A DNA stretch of 64,000 bases from Methanobacteriota archaeon (GCA_963719035.1 CAVRAO010000002.1:544001-608000); one strand, 5' to 3'; counted from the first letter of the stretch, positions 29,517 to 40,932 are shown. Translations and numbers: made by a program. The notes: generated by a model from the letters alone, not told the origin.

Positions 29517-31949
29517 CTACCCTTCAAGCTGCAGTTTGATCTGAAGCGCTTGACGTGCAATATCATTTTTTCGCAAAATCGTTGCCATTGCCTCTATAGA
29601 TTCCATCAAACGCACAGCTTGATCAAGATAGTTGAGTACGTCTCCAGAATACGCATGAACACCAAACGCTGACATCCGTTCAACTATATCAGCGGGATCA
29701 AGTCCGCTCGCACGCTGCTCTATTACCCACTTCGAGAAGCTCCGCTCAGGGCATCCACAAAACGGCGAATCCTTGCAATCACAATCGACAAAGGCAATTG
29801 AAAAAGCGATGACACTACCAAGCGCTTTCTGGTCGAGATACGTGAGCTCATCGCCACTTGCAGAAAAGAACATCTCAAGATTTCCGCCACTAAACACGTT
29901 AGGTGACATGTTAACGCCAAGCGCCTGCGCCATTCGCTGAACATCATTGAGGTACACGGCAGTAAAAACGTGCAGTTTAAGCACGATATCAAGCGGTGGT
30001 TCTCCTTTCTTCACGGATTCAACAATTTGAACCGCTTCATCAATGGCAAGGAAATCACCAGAAACGATATTTCCGAGCTTTGTAGCCTGACCGTCATCAG
30101 AAACGAAGCCTAAACGTTTGAGCCTTTGAAGATGGACTTTAACATCATACTGAGCCAGCATCTTAACTGACTGACCAAAGGTGAGGTTTGCGAGAGTCTG
30201 TTCCGCTTGCTTGTCATCATCGTAAGCTATTTCGACGCCCTCAACAGAGCTTGAGAGCAACTTGATCGCAACTTGATCCTCTGTCTCCGGCCCCCTATAT
30301 TTCTTATCGGGTTCAGCGAGCAGCACTACCTTACCGATGTCGTGATAATCAGGCCTCCCCGCGCGACCGAGCATCTGGTGGAACTCTTGCACGGTAAGCC
30401 AGTCGATTCCCATCGCCAAGGATTCAAACACGACTTGCGACGCGGGAAAATCAACGCCTGCTCCCAGTGCCGCAGTAGTAACGACGACGTCTATACCGCC
30501 ATTGGCAAAATTCGTTTCGACCTTCTTTCGTTCGGCATAAGCGAGGCCCCCATGATAAGGGGCACTTTTTGCTAACAACGCTTTCGAAATTCTATGACAG
30601 CGCGCCCGGGAATTTGTAAAAATGATCGACTGGCCTTTATAACCCTTGCTCGAGGTTCTTTTGATTTCATATCTGACGAGCTTGTTAATTATTGGCAGCT
30701 TCTCATGCTCATGAGCGAAAACGAGGTGACGCTCTATTGGCACCGGCCGCTCTTCGTACTCAACGAGGTCCGCGCCGAGCTCACGGGCGAGCACGTGGGG
30801 GTTGCCTACAGTTGCTGAAAGGTATATGCGTTGTGATCTTGGGGCTAGTGCCTTTAGCCGAGAGATAAGCCCGTCAAGGCGACTTCCACGTTCTTCGTCT
30901 TCCAGCATGTGCACCTCATCGACAACGATTGTCCCGATCTCGCCGAGGAGCTCAGCGTGATTCGTGCGAAGCACCTGATCGATGCCCTCGTACGTTCCCA
31001 CGAGAATATCGGCTGAATAGTCGGGCTCTGCTCGCTCCCAGTCTCGAGTCCGAATCCTGCTGCTGCCGATCCTTATGCTTGCGCTTAGGCCAAGGCCACG
31101 GTAGCGCCCGTCAAACTCACTATGCTTCTGATTTGCAAGAGCGACAAGTGGAACGACGAATAACAGCTTTCCCTTACCACTAAGCACATTGTTAACGCCT
31201 GCGAGCTCCCCAATGAGCGTTTTTCCCGTCGCTGTTGCAGAGACTACGAGCAGGTCCTTGCCCTTGAAAAGCCCTCGCTCGACCGCTATTGATTGGACAG
31301 GAAGCAGCTTTGACAGACGCTGCTTAAGCAACAGCTTCAGCCTATCATCGACGCTGAGCTCATCAATTGTCACGCTTTGGTAGCTCTCCGCTTGTTTTGA
31401 AAGCACGTCATATCGCGTCAAATCAGGATCGACCCCAGAATCGAGAAAACGAATCACTCTGTCAAGGTCGCGTACTTTGTTAAGAAGCGCGTAGAAGTGG
31501 TTGTAACGCACAAAGCCTCGAAAACTGAGCTCTCGCCGCAGTTCGATTTGAGCACAGTCCATGCAGATGTGCCCCCCTTCATGGCGAACAAAATTGGGGT
31601 TGACTGGCTTGTATCGTCGCTTCCCGATGCAAAACCCACAGACATGTACTCGGTTGTAGGAAATCTGATACGCCTCAAAAAGAGCAAGTAGATCCTGAAA
31701 TGCCTTCTGCTCGCGCGGCGTGGAGTGGTCTCGCTCCGCGAGCGTCACGTTGTGCTGCCGCAAAACCCCGAGGACCTCAGCTGGCCTCTTAGGAAGCTCT
31801 TTCCCGCCTTGGACAACCATAAATCGCTTAGGCCTCGGACCCTTGGATGTGTCACCGAGCGTCAACGTTGCGTCTAAGGTGCATTGCGCGGGCTCAGCTG
31901 AAAAAAGCCTAATGTTAGAGCGCTGCGCGTGGGCGATCAAATGAGGCAT
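29517..31949 (-). CDS. Archaeal DEAD/DEAH-box (SF2) helicase, DUF5814-type
   Basis: SATATGKT, DEVH, SAT, QMLGRAGRP and C-terminal CDCKDSPFCGC. Confidence 0.9.
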   Translation of the reverse strand: MPHLIAHAQRSNIRLFSAEPAQCTLDATLTLGDTSKGPRPKRFMVVQGGKELPKRPAEVLGVLRQHNVTLAERDHSTPREQKAFQDLLALFEAYQISYNRVHVCGFCIGKRRYKPVNPNFVRHEGGHICMDCAQIELRRELSFRGFVRYNHFYALLNKVRDLDRVIRFLDSGVDPDLTRYDVLSKQAESYQSVTIDELSVDDRLKLLLKQRLSKLLPVQSIAVERGLFKGKDLLVVSATATGKTLIGELAGVNNVLSGKGKLLFVVPLVALANQKHSEFDGRYRGLGLSASIRIGSSRIRTRDWERAEPDYSADILVGTYEGIDQVLRTNHAELLGEIGTIVVDEVHMLEDEERGSRLDGLISRLKALAPRSQRIYLSATVGNPHVLARELGADLVEYEERPVPIERHLVFAHEHEKLPIINKLVRYEIKRTSSKGYKGQSIIFTNSRARCHRISKALLAKSAPYHGGLAYAERKKVETNFANGGIDVVVTTAALGAGVDFPASQVVFESLAMGIDWLTVQEFHQMLGRAGRPDYHDIGKVVLLAEPDKKYRGPETEDQVAIKLLSSSVEGVEIAYDDDKQAEQTLANLTFGQSVKMLAQYDVKVHLQRLKRLGFVSDDGQATKLGNIVSGDFLAIDEAVQIVESVKKGEPPLDIVLKLHVFTAVYLNDVQRMAQALGVNMSPNVFSGGNLEMFFSASGDELTYLDQKALGSVIAFSIAFVDCDCKDSPFCGCPERSFSKWVIEQRASGLDPADIVERMSAFGVHAYSGDVLNYLDQAVRLMESIEAMATILRKNDIARQALQIKLQLEG

Positions 31950-32732
31950 CTACTGGTTTCCTGTCCTAAGATCGACCGATTCGTAGGAAATATCGTGGGA
32001 CAGGAGCTCCGCGATCAGTGGTGGCACGGCCTCATCGACTGCGACGACGACCGTTGAGAGCCCCCGAAAAGCAGCTTCAATAACGCCTTCTGCAGCTGCG
32101 TATTGGATCAGCGGAGATATATGAGCCTTTTTTACGGAGACGAGCGCTTCCAAGCCCAGAACTGCGACGGGCTTATTTGTCGCTACCTGTTTAAGCGCTT
32201 CGAGGTCCACGGCTGCTGACCCACCGCGTTGAACCCGGGGAACCACGGCGATCGTGACATGGACTCGATCCATTGGGATGATCCCACTTAAATGCTCCAC
32301 CCCAACGTCATCCCCCTTGCGCGCATCACCTATCGTCGTCCCGTAAGCACGCGATGCAGTGCTATTGGAATAAAACGCGTGTAGGATCCCATCGCGCATC
32401 CTTAGTCCGACTTTGGTTCCGCTGCCGATGTCTTCTTCAGCAATGGCCGTCCAAACGGTCACCTTCCCAACGATGTCCTCCGTGACGTATCGTATGTAAT
32501 TGTTAAGCTCGTTAGTCCATTCGATGATAAGCTCAATGCCCGCTTTGGTGACCTCGTATTGCCCGCGCCTATTGAACTTCACGGAGCCGTCCGTTACAAG
32601 CTCCTTAAGATACTCAGAGACAGCTTGAGGAGTCACTCCGACCCGGTCGGCAATTTCTTTTTGCCTGATCTTGGGCTGAAGCGCAGCTACTTCTACAAGC
32701 ACCTGCATCTTGGTGCTCTTTCCTTTCTTCAT
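31950..32732 (-). CDS. Winged-helix transcriptional regulator (MarR/Crp-like archaeal family)
   Basis: QKEIADRVGVTPQAVSEYLKEL HTH; TVWTAIAEEDI. Confidence 0.85.
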   Translation of the reverse strand: MKKGKSTKMQVLVEVAALQPKIRQKEIADRVGVTPQAVSEYLKELVTDGSVKFNRRGQYEVTKAGIELIIEWTNELNNYIRYVTEDIVGKVTVWTAIAEEDIGSGTKVGLRMRDGILHAFYSNSTASRAYGTTIGDARKGDDVGVEHLSGIIPMDRVHVTIAVVPRVQRGGSAAVDLEALKQVATNKPVAVLGLEALVSVKKAHISPLIQYAAAEGVIEAAFRGLSTVVVAVDEAVPPLIAELLSHDISYESVDLRTGNQ

Positions 32733-32747
32733 CGGCGCAAAAAAAGA

Positions 32748-33251
32748 CTATATTTTTGACAGCTCAAATCGATGACCCTTAACTACGAGATGTTGCGATC
32801 GCTTGGCGATACCCCTGAGGAAGGTCGGACTCTGATTCAACGTGCGCGAAAGGTTTTGCACGGAACAGTTGCCATTTTTTACCTCGCTTTCCATCGCATC
32901 TGCGACATCGCGAAGTGCCTCATCATCAGTGATCGATATCCGAATAAGGTCACAGAGGTCCGAGATGGAACACTGAAAGTCGGCGCGAAGCTTCGAGTAG
33001 CAGGTGTGGTACTCAATCTGCGGCTTGTGCCCGGGCTCAGGCATCCGCCACTTGCTCTCGACAAGACCGGTTTTCTTGAGCATATCGAGGCTATAGAAGA
33101 TATCTTCATGGCATATTTCGTTAAGCTCGGCCTCAGTTCTCCACCCATTGAGTAATGAGCTAAATACCCGCTTATGAGAGTCAGACTTAAAAACTTGCAA
33201 GAGCGGGACCAAATCAGCAGGGTCATTGACTATGCGGGTCCTGTTGTTCAT
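32748..33251 (-). CDS. ArsR-like archaeal transcriptional regulator
   Basis: RTRIVNDPADLVPLL and LVESKWRMPEPG conserved patterns. Confidence 0.75.
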   Translation of the reverse strand: MNNRTRIVNDPADLVPLLQVFKSDSHKRVFSSLLNGWRTEAELNEICHEDIFYSLDMLKKTGLVESKWRMPEPGHKPQIEYHTCYSKLRADFQCSISDLCDLIRISITDDEALRDVADAMESEVKNGNCSVQNLSRTLNQSPTFLRGIAKRSQHLVVKGHRFELSKI

Positions 33252-33370
33252 GTGACTACCTCTCATTATACAACGCTTCTAAGGTAATTAAACCTTTTTG
33301 AACTCCGGAATAGACATTAGTGAGGAGCGCGCTTGTAGAATACAAGACAAATCACGTCAATTTGATTTCG

Positions 33371-35631
33371 ATGAGACCACGAGCGAATAAACGCTCAAGA
33401 GCGAAAATCCGCGTGAAGGGCGTTGTACAAGGGGTCGGCTTTCGACCTTTCGTTTACAAGCACGCCGTCGAGTTGCATCTGACTGGCTACGTCAAGAACC
33501 TCGGCGCCCACGTTGACGTCGACGTCGAGGGATCACACGCTGATATCGTTCGATTGATAGCGTTTCTCAAACAAGGTCCGCCCATATCACGCATCGACGA
33601 CGTTTACGTTGAATGGCACCGCCCGCGTGAATACACCGATTTTTCAATTGCTTCGAGCGGTAAAGGTGAATTTGGCTTCACGTCACCGGATATAGCCATG
33701 TGTGACGATTGTCTCCGCGATTTGAGACAGAGCAGCAGGTACGAAGAGTATTGGGCCACCTCTTGTGTCAACTGCGGGCCACGATTCACCGTCACTGAGC
33801 GACTTCCATACGATCGTGAGACTACCTCAATGGTTGACTTCCCAATGTGCTCCAAATGTGAACAGGAGTACCCGAAACCCACAAGACCGACGGCATCATG
33901 CTCAAACCATCGCGTGTGAACGCTGCGGCCCGACTCTTGCGCTGCTCGATGCCGATTTCAAACGCTTGGATGAGCCAATCCGCACTGCCGGACGACTGCT
34001 ACTTGCAGGCCACGTTCTTGCAATAAAGGGGATCGGCGGATTTCATCTCGCGTGCATCTTTGATTCCGCCGTTAAACTCAAACGGCGTCTAGGGAGACTG
34101 ACACAACCCCTAGCGATTATGGCGCCGAATGAGGCGTGGGTAGAGGATAATCTTCACGTGAATGAAGTGGAGCGCTTCCATCTCACGTCCATCAAACGGC
34201 CTATAATGGTGCTTGACAAACGCGATGAGAGTGCGTTCGGGGAAGTCTCCAATCTCCACAACATAGGTGTAATGCTGCCCTACAGCGGCCTGCACCACCT
34301 CCTCTTTGACATAGTAGATCAACCGCTTATTATGACGAGTGCAAATGCGCCGGGCGAACCGATGATTATTGCCATCGACGACGCACTTGCGAGCTTAAAT
34401 CAAAAAGCAGATTTCTTCCTACTGCACGATCGGCGTATCGTCAACCGCTGTGACGACTCGGTTATAAGGGTGCTCGACCAGCCAGCGTTTATCAGGATGT
34501 CGCGCGGTTATACCCCGACCTCTTTCGCAGTGCCCGTTCAGTACCGATAAGAACATCCTCGCATTGGGGGCTGAGATGAACGCAACGGTGACGACCTATA
34601 AAGATGGACGGTGCTACGTCAGCCAACACGTGGGCAACATCGACAAGCCGAAGACCTTCGATTACCTCGAAGCCTCAGTCCACAACCTCGTCTCCATGAG
34701 CGGTGTCGACGTGAGCGTTATCGCGCATGACTATCATCCGACGTTGCGTTCAACGCGCTTAGCTGCCGAACTCGGGGACACGTATGCCGTTCAGCACCAC
34801 CAAGCGCATATTGCATCGCTCTTTGGCGAGGGAGCGCCTAGAGAACTCATAGGCATCGCTATTGATGGCATAGGTTACGGGTGGGACGGCACCATCTGGG
34901 GTGGGGAGGTGTTTTCACCGACTCTTGAACGGATTGGCAGCCTCATTCCCGTGCCAATGCCAGGCGGGGATTTAGCAACTCGATACCCCATACGAATGGT
35001 CGCTGGCATCCTCCACAGCATTTGCGAAGTCAGCAAGCTAACGTCGACGCTCACTTCGTTAGGTCTGAGTGAAACCGAATCGTCGATTCTTTTGGAGCAA
35101 ATTGAACGGATGGTTAACGTGCCGTTGACCTCAAGCACCGGGCGAGTGCTCGACGCAGTTTCCTTAGTATTAGGTGTATGCCAAAAAAGGACGTATGATG
35201 GAGAGCCCGCAATGACGTTGGAGGGGGTCGCACACTACGGGCATCCCGACATTGCACTTCCCCTCGAAATAGCGACCTACCAAGGACGACAGGTCTTAGA
35301 CACGCGCCCATTACTTGCCGAGGTGCTCCACGCGAAAGAGGAGCGCAAAAGCGTGAAGAACATCGCCGCCTCGGCCCAAGCTACTCTTGCACGAGGCATC
35401 GCAATGATCGCCATGGAAGCAGCAGAATCAGCGGGAATAAAGAACGTCGGATTATCGGGAGGCGTCGCTTACAATAAAGCGATCGTTAAGAGCGTGGGCG
35501 AGCTGTGCGATGCGCACGGCTTCGCACTCTTTACAAACACGAAAGTACCTAGAGGAGATGGAGGGATTTCGTTCGGCCAAGCGGTGCTTACGGCTCTGGT
35601 CAAAAGCGGCGACCACGGTTTGACGCTTTAA
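33371..35631 (+). pseudogene. hypF: Carbamoyltransferase HypF, split by two +1 frameshifts (probably sequencing indels)
   Basis: GVVQGVGFRPF, CxxC zinc fingers, HAQTIACERCGP, KGIGGFHL, QHHQAH, DGIGYG.DG.IWGGE, GDGGISFGQ; extra C at about 33872 and 34534. Confidence 0.9.
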
Positions 35632-35734
35632 AATACGTAATTTACTGCGAATTAACTATAATAACACTTTCTCGCGCGTTGCCCAGTAGGCGTCTCCAAG
35701 AGGGGCTATGAGCCTTTTTGGTTCCCCTTTTTGC

Positions 35735-36565
35735 TCAGAAGCCACCAATAATGTAAGCGAGTAAAACGATGAACATTCCGTACTTAATGATGGCCGATGC
35801 TCTTGAAGGAGCGCTCCACGACAGCAATAGACCATATAGCAGAATCAAATCAGCTACTATGATGATTCCTAGGTATGCGGGACCTAGAATTGAAATGATG
35901 TAAGGAAGTGGACTGATAGCAACGGCAGCAAGCATAAAAATCGTCGCCACCGCGAGAGATTGGGAGACCCCATAACGGATAGGCATCGTCGACGCTCCTA
36001 CTCGCTTATCTCCTGGGAGATCCTCGACGTCTTTAACGATTTCGCGCGACGTGATCGCCAACATTGCGCTCAAAAAGAGCATCCCCGGAAGAAAAAATGC
36101 AGATACCGCTGCCCCTCCAAAGAGAAAGACTGACCCGGTCAGGTACCCAACGAGCAGGTTGCCAACAAGAGCAGATCGCTTCAGTTTCCACGAATAAAAC
36201 ACTAGGAGTGCGGCGTTCAACGTAGCGAGTCCAAGACATATAGGGTTTATAAACAAAGCGACTGCAACGCCGAAAAGCGTAAGCGTGATCGCGTAGAGCA
36301 GTGCATCCCTCTGTGTAATCCGTCCGCTTGGGAGGGCGCGGCGAGGCTTGTTGACCTTATCAATCGCAACGTCAAAGTAATCGTTAATGACGTTCCCGCC
36401 TGCGGCCACGAGAAATACAGCGACAAACACTAGAACGCTAGGGCCGATGACCCTGAAAGAGAGCGTCGTTTTGCTTACTAAGATGCCGATAAGCGCGGCA
36501 GATGCTGCCATGAGGCAGTTCGCAGGTCGTATCTCATCAAAATACTCGTAGATTCGTGCTCGCAT
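35735..36565 (-). CDS. Digeranylgeranylglyceryl phosphate synthase (UbiA family)
   Basis: RPANCL, NDYFDVAIDKVNKPRRALPSG, REIVKDVEDLPGD. Confidence 0.9.
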   Translation of the reverse strand: MRARIYEYFDEIRPANCLMAASAALIGILVSKTTLSFRVIGPSVLVFVAVFLVAAGGNVINDYFDVAIDKVNKPRRALPSGRITQRDALLYAITLTLFGVAVALFINPICLGLATLNAALLVFYSWKLKRSALVGNLLVGYLTGSVFLFGGAAVSAFFLPGMLFLSAMLAITSREIVKDVEDLPGDKRVGASTMPIRYGVSQSLAVATIFMLAAVAISPLPYIISILGPAYLGIIIVADLILLYGLLLSWSAPSRASAIIKYGMFIVLLAYIIGGF

Positions 36566-36605
36566 AAGCCTGGCACACCAAGTTTCCTTCGATCTGAATG
36601 GATTG

Positions 36606-37400
36606 TCACGTTCCAAGCTTAACCGGATCGATGATTCTCTTAAGAGTCGCAACCGCCGAGTATGCGGCGAGTTTGCTCGTGCGCTTATTTTCGGTCGGAA
36701 CGTTTTCAAATCGGGCGGTAAACGTTCCAAACTCCCCTTCAACCACGACTACGTGCACATTACGAGTGTACGTTGGATCGACCGCGATGCGAACGATCGT
36801 TTTCTCGAATCCAACTCCCGCCAAAGCAAGCGTAGCCGAGACGTTAATATTCTGCGGAAACCCTGCAATCGCCTCGTCAGCTGTTCCTTCGAATATGGGA
36901 CCAGGGCGTGTCAAATTCACGTCATTGTTTAAAACGTAAGGAGCGGTTTCAAGGCCCTTAGGAGGCTTGGTTGTCGTGAGCGTCACCCGATTAATTGCTC
37001 CCTGCGATGCCGCAAGAAGTGCGTCAATGCCCCCAATAGCGCCTGAAGGGATGTATAAGCAGCACTTGTTTGCGCGCGCCGCTGTATATACACGTTGGCG
37101 AAAGCCCGCGTCAACCAGCGCACCAACACTGAGTATCATCAGATCCTTGCCCTTAGGTAACACGCTAAGCGCAATTTCGCGCGCTGCCTGGACGGAGGCA
37201 CATTCAACGACGAGATCGGAGCCGTCAACGATCTGCTGCAACGATACGACAGCAGTCGCAGCGGCGCTCACGTCTGCCAGATGTTGTGCACGATCAAGGT
37301 GCCTATCCATCAATAGCAGTTCACCCTGGAAGCTGTCAGCGTTTAACGCGCGACAAATTTCGCTTCCCATGGCGCCACATCCAACGATTCCAATGATCAT
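36606..37400 (-). CDS. nadX: L-aspartate dehydrogenase
   Basis: GCGAMG, VECAS, SGAIGGID, FPQNINV, N.RTS.LAA. Confidence 0.92.
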   Translation of the reverse strand: MIIGIVGCGAMGSEICRALNADSFQGELLLMDRHLDRAQHLADVSAAATAVVSLQQIVDGSDLVVECASVQAAREIALSVLPKGKDLMILSVGALVDAGFRQRVYTAARANKCCLYIPSGAIGGIDALLAASQGAINRVTLTTTKPPKGLETAPYVLNNDVNLTRPGPIFEGTADEAIAGFPQNINVSATLALAGVGFEKTIVRIAVDPTYTRNVHVVVVEGEFGTFTARFENVPTENKRTSKLAAYSAVATLKRIIDPVKLGT

Positions 37401-37448
37401 GTTGAAATCCTTTAAGGTAGTTAAGATAGAAAAGCGTATGGTGATCCT

Positions 37449-38261
37449 TTGAATTCACGCGACATTGAGAGATTTTTAGCTGAGGATAAAGGATTTGGCG
37501 ATATAACGACCGCCCTCCTTCCTGACATCGATGGGTCTGCCGACATCGTTACGCACGAAGACGGAATCATAGCAGGGTTGTCAGAGGCAGAAAGCATTTT
37601 CACCTACTACAATCTTGTTACGGCTCCACTCTGCTGTGACGGAGACGCAATCAAAAAAGGAGATACGATTATGCACATCGTAGGACGCGTCAGGGATATC
37701 CTCGTCGCTGAACGGGTTGCGTTAAACTTCCTAAGCAGTATGAGTGGGATCGCTACCGCTACGCGCCGTTGTGTGCAAGCCGCTGGCGGTGTAACGATCG
37801 CCGCGAGCCGAAAGACGACGCCGGGCTTCCGTCGTTATGAGAAAAAGGCTGTCGCGCTCGGCGGAGGCGACCCGCACCGCTATACACTCTCGGAGTCTTA
37901 TCTGTTCAAGGACAACCACCTGCAAGTGATCTCTATAGAAGAGGCTTTGCAGAAAAAAGCGTTCTTCACAAAGAAAGTGGAAGTCGAAGTCGAGTCCGTC
38001 GACCAGTGCGTTAAAGCAGCACGGCTTGGTGCAGACATTATCATGCTCGACAACATGGGCGTTGAGGAGATCACTACGGCAATCAACAAATTAAAGGAGC
38101 TCGGTCTACGCGGTAACGTGTTGCTTGAGGCTTCTGGTGGTATTAGGCCTGAAAACGTCGAGGAGTACGCCGCTACAGGAGTTGACGTTTTGTCTCTCGG
38201 TTACCTGACTCACTCGTCGCCGTGGTTAGATTTCAGCCTTGAACTGCGAACACAGGACTAA
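37449..38261 (+). CDS. nadC: Quinolinate phosphoribosyltransferase
   Basis: ED.GFGDITT, SRKTTPG, KDNH, EVEVES, MLDN, EASGG. Confidence 0.94.
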   Translation: MNSRDIERFLAEDKGFGDITTALLPDIDGSADIVTHEDGIIAGLSEAESIFTYYNLVTAPLCCDGDAIKKGDTIMHIVGRVRDILVAERVALNFLSSMSGIATATRRCVQAAGGVTIAASRKTTPGFRRYEKKAVALGGGDPHRYTLSESYLFKDNHLQVISIEEALQKKAFFTKKVEVEVESVDQCVKAARLGADIIMLDNMGVEEITTAINKLKELGLRGNVLLEASGGIRPENVEEYAATGVDVLSLGYLTHSSPWLDFSLELRTQD

Positions 38262-39439
38262 ACAAGCGAGGTCGCTATCATATTCACCGATTCAACTAAC
38301 GTTTCGACCTCTTCAACTGTATTGTACGCCCCGAATGATGCCCGTATAGTCCCTTTGATGCCAAGAGACTCCAAGGCGGGCATCGCACAGTGGTAACCGC
38401 TTCTTGTGCAAATCGAAGCGGTCTCATCGAGGATCATTGAGACGTCGTGTGGGTTCAGCTGTCCCACATTGAAGGAAACTACTCCCGCACGGTCTTTTGG
38501 CCCGTAGACCGTCACATTGTCAATTTCAGCTAGTTTTTGGGCAGCGACCCGAGCGAGATTCGCGACGTGTTTTTCGACATTCGCAACGCCAAGCGTGTTC
38601 ACATATTCAACAGATCGCCCAAGGCCGATAATGCCTGGTATATTTGGGGTCCCCGCTTCGAAACGGGCGGGGGGTTCAAGCAGTTCGTATTCGCAACCAC
38701 GCACCCATTCAACTGCGCCGCCCCCCAATATAGTCGGGCGCAGCCCCTCAGGATCTTGAAGGATCAGGATACCCGTCCCTTGCGGGCCAAGCAACCCCTT
38801 GTGCCCGGGCACCGCCAGAAAGTCGCAACGTAAATCTTTCGCGGACATGCGAAGGTGGCCGGCGGACTGTGCTGCGTCTATCAACACTGGTATGTCATTT
38901 CTTCGTCCAATCTTTATGACGTGGTTTATGTCTTGAATGGAGCCAAAGACGTTTGACACGTGAGAGAGGGTGATCAGCTTAGTTCGGTCAGTAATGGCCG
39001 TGTCAATCCGAGCGGGATCGATGATGCCTTCTTTATTCGATTCAACCACATCGAGTATAACCCCGTGCGTACAGAGAGAGACCCACGGGAGGTAGTTGGA
39101 ATGGTGTTCAATCGTTGACGTTATGATGTGGTCTCCAAGCGCCCACTCTAGCCCATGCGCGACGATGTTGATGCTTTCCGTCGTATTCTTGGTAAAGATG
39201 ACGTTCGTAGGTTCACACGAAAAAAAGTCAGACACGGTTTCGCGGCTGTTTTCGTAGCGCTCGGTTGTCTGTCGAGCAAGTCGGTGTGCGCCCCTTCCGT
39301 AATTGCCTGCATAGACGAAGAAGTACTCGTTTATCGCTTCTACTGCGGGTTTTGGTGTCTGGCTTGTGGCAGCGTTATCAAGGTAAATGACGCGCTCAAG
39401 AACTGGGAAATCCGTCCGTATCGCGTTAACATCGTACAT
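38258..39439 (-). CDS. Cysteine desulfurase (SufS-like, class V PLP)
   Basis: YLDNAATSQ, EHHSN, DAAQSAGH, GHKGLLGP, RSGYHCA. Confidence 0.9.
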   Translation of the reverse strand: MYDVNAIRTDFPVLERVIYLDNAATSQTPKPAVEAINEYFFVYAGNYGRGAHRLARQTTERYENSRETVSDFFSCEPTNVIFTKNTTESINIVAHGLEWALGDHIITSTIEHHSNYLPWVSLCTHGVILDVVESNKEGIIDPARIDTAITDRTKLITLSHVSNVFGSIQDINHVIKIGRRNDIPVLIDAAQSAGHLRMSAKDLRCDFLAVPGHKGLLGPQGTGILILQDPEGLRPTILGGGAVEWVRGCEYELLEPPARFEAGTPNIPGIIGLGRSVEYVNTLGVANVEKHVANLARVAAQKLAEIDNVTVYGPKDRAGVVSFNVGQLNPHDVSMILDETASICTRSGYHCAMPALESLGIKGTIRASFGAYNTVEEVETLVESVNMIATSLV

Positions 39440-39573
39440 CAGGAGTAAATAGTGGGTGACCTGAATAGCTTTTGCGGTAACCGAATATTGCGCTTCCTAA
39501 TGTCTTAAGTCAGTGTAATCGTCCTAGGTGTAAGCGGCAGTCTCAAGTACGGAACCGGCCCACCATACATCTA

Positions 39574-39969
39574 ATGCACAAAAATCCCGCGCTCACGGTT
39601 GACGCTGTTATCGTGGAAGACGGAAAAATCCTGCTGATCAAAAGGAAGAATGAACCTTTTCAAGGACAATACGCATTGCCAGGCGGATTTGTAGAATATG
39701 GTGAAACCGTTGAAGCGGCGCTCCGAAGAGAAGTCCTCGAGGAGACGGGACTCGTTGTCGACGTATGCTCGCTCGTAGGCATCTACTCAGACCCACATCG
39801 CGACCCTCGAGGGCACGTCGTTTCTGCAGCGTTCGCTGCCGTTATCGTCAGAGGCGAGTTAGCAGGCGGTTCCGACGCAGCAGAAGCAAATTTTTGGGAG
39901 ATCGCGAATTTACCACCTCTTGCGTTTGACCACGCGCAGATTATACGCGATGCGCTTCGAAGTCACTAG
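39574..39969 (+). CDS. NUDIX hydrolase (ADP-ribose pyrophosphatase-like)
   Basis: Nudix box GGFVEYGETVEAALRREVLEETG; RDPRGH; LAFDH. Confidence 0.92.
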   Translation: MHKNPALTVDAVIVEDGKILLIKRKNEPFQGQYALPGGFVEYGETVEAALRREVLEETGLVVDVCSLVGIYSDPHRDPRGHVVSAAFAAVIVRGELAGGSDAAEANFWEIANLPPLAFDHAQIIRDALRSH

Positions 39970-40823
39970 CGCACTTCGAGAGCTTTCTTTATTAACGGCG
40001 CGACGCTGATGACACTCTCAGCTCTCTCGATAGTATCGGTCGCTATGATGCTGTCCACCCCTGCGCTGTACAAGCGAAGCCGCGCGTTAAGAGAGAGCAC
40101 AGGATGGATGCACGCAACGTGCACTTGTCGGGCTCCCTGTCCTCGCAAAAGCTTAATGGCTTCTGCCATAGTGCCGCCTGTTGAAATCATGTCGTCAACC
40201 ACGACAACGTCGCGGCCGTCAACGTGCACCGTCTTGGGTTGGATCTCAACGTGCTCAGGCGTGACTCGCTTCTTTACGAGCACGTCGAATTCACAACCCA
40301 TAGCCTTAGAGACGTCACTTACCAGCGCGGTTGCGCCCTCATCAGGGGCGATTAGCAGCGGCGACGTGAACTCCATACTCTCCAGGTGCTTGCCAATCAG
40401 GCCAGCTGCGGAAAGGTTCACTGGCTTTTTTCTGCTTCTGAGATGAAAATGATTCAGAGAAGCAGGATCGTGGATATTTACCACGTAAGATTCGTCAGCG
40501 TCAATCGCCTGTGCAATGGCGCGGGCACTGATCGGTTCTCCGAGCTTAAATCGTTTGTCTTGCCGCGCATAGCCAAAATAAGGGATGACAACTCTCAGAT
40601 AACCGTCCGAGGCGGCATCGATGAGCTGAAGGAGGTATATAATATCATCATTGGTCGTGGTGCTCTGGACGATGAGCGTATCGCCGTCGAGCTCTTCTGC
40701 AATGCGCAAGTACAGTTCTCCATCGGGAAACTGCTTGAATTCAACTATGGCTAGATCGCAACTGATCTCTCGTGCAACGCGCGAACCTAGCAATTGCGAA
40801 GCGGGACCGCCTAAGACCTTCAT
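39966..40823 (-). CDS. prs: Ribose-phosphate pyrophosphokinase
   Basis: FPDGE, PYFGYARQDK, APDEGA, VDDMISTGGT. Confidence 0.95.
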   Translation of the reverse strand: MKVLGGPASQLLGSRVAREISCDLAIVEFKQFPDGELYLRIAEELDGDTLIVQSTTTNDDIIYLLQLIDAASDGYLRVVIPYFGYARQDKRFKLGEPISARAIAQAIDADESYVVNIHDPASLNHFHLRSRKKPVNLSAAGLIGKHLESMEFTSPLLIAPDEGATALVSDVSKAMGCEFDVLVKKRVTPEHVEIQPKTVHVDGRDVVVVDDMISTGGTMAEAIKLLRGQGARQVHVACIHPVLSLNARLRLYSAGVDSIIATDTIERAESVISVAPLIKKALEVR

Positions 40824-40932
40824 GTTACCTCCTGCAATGCGTGCTCTACCTATGAACCAAACATAGATAAGTCACTCTATCTACTTCACCAAAAACATCG
40901 CGTTCGTCCCGATTACTAAACCCGTTACGCGT

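Noticed and set aside
36566-36742. N-terminal extension of the UbiA-family ORF
   Set aside because: It overlaps nadX; the plausible start is 36565.
36606-39439. nadA missing next to nadX/nadC
   Set aside because: nad genes are often dispersed in archaea, so absence from one window is uninformative.
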